64,000 nucleotides of DNA from Eledone cirrhosa (lineage: Eukaryota). Each line of letters opens with the position of its first letter. Positions within the stretch are counted from its first letter, which is position 1. The translations under genes and the position numbers were made by a program. Where the stretch lies: positions 19,406,001 through 19,470,000 of the forward strand of contig OZ024743.1 in assembly GCA_964016885.1 (NCBI GenBank), written 5' to 3'. The notes below the pieces were generated by a model that was not told the origin of the DNA, ran no database searches, and saw nothing but the letters and a program-made list of their open reading frames with translations. Positions 63,301 to 64,000 of the stretch are shown here, one piece after another.

Positions 63301-63706
63301 AAAAAGGGTTTTATGAGCGTGTACACTTACATATATCAACATCCATTTCACTTCCTTTGTAAAAACATTGAAAATAGGTGGAGTTGCTGAAGATTTTAAA
63401 AAATAAAAGCTATGTATTTTGAGGTCTTCGATACTACTCAATTTATATTTTTGTAACTTATGTATTAGTATATTTCACAAATGCATATAAAGATACACAA
63501 TCAATATAAGGATCCGAATGTTTGAAGAGTACACGAAAATGTATGTTTAAATGGTGGGAAGTAGTCTGACCAAGTCTAGTCATGGTAAGTTCACCGATGC
63601 CAACTCTTCACTCTGAACTCTAAATGATCAAGTTTCATGAGGGGATATAACATGTAACCGTTGAAGTTTTCAAACATTAAATATAATATATATATACACT
63701 AAATAT

Positions 63707-63752
63707 AATTGTTTCTGCTTTTGGCACAAGGCCAGCAATTACCCAGTGTATT
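63707..63752 (-). mobile_element. SINE 3' fragment
   Basis: aattgtttctgcttttggcacaaggccagcaattacccagtgtatta matches 26065 copy. Confidence 0.7.
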
Positions 63753-64000
63753 ACGCAGCTCCGTCATCACGGCATTCTTGGTGGCTTCCACGACCGGAAA
63801 ACGGATGGTACTCGAGGATCCATGACTCATATTGAGGAGCTGTTAAGAAAAGCACGTAAAAAACATAAAATGACAGTAGAGAGCTGAAGTCGCAGTTATA
63901 TACTACCCAGATATTATGTCACTGGTGACACTACTGACGTACCTCGGATATTTCTGCGATGTAATCGCGATAAGCCTTCCTTGCAAACAGATAGCTTTTA

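Overview
Repeat-saturated eukaryotic DNA with no recognisable host gene. The SINE family, microsatellite load and AT-rich spacers suggest a cephalopod/octopus-type genome (inference only). There are two retrotransposon clusters. (1) 1-18.6 kb: four head-to-tail, minus-strand Tx1/L1-clade LINEs (A-D; ORF1 with CCHC knuckle, ORF2 with APE endonuclease + RT + CCHC), bounded by (GATA)n tracts except at a fused B/C junction. (2) 32.8-60.1 kb: three more minus-strand Tx1 LINEs (E-G) interleaved with three plus-strand R4/Dong-type RLE LINEs and a SINE, with an (AAT)n tract at every junction. Between and after these lie decayed RTE pieces, tRNA-derived SINEs, a mariner fragment, microsatellites and a 200-N gap. 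Main observations: a conserved 5' splice-donor motif overlapping the ORF1 stop in the Tx1 copies, with a candidate acceptor at the ORF2 stop (ORF2-as-intron model); an identically spaced 3' terminal motif shared by the SINE and the AAT-associated Tx1s; a covarying 3'UTR hairpin; strand-opposed targeting of one microsatellite by APE- and RLE-type elements; and a 5'-inverted RTE insertion.
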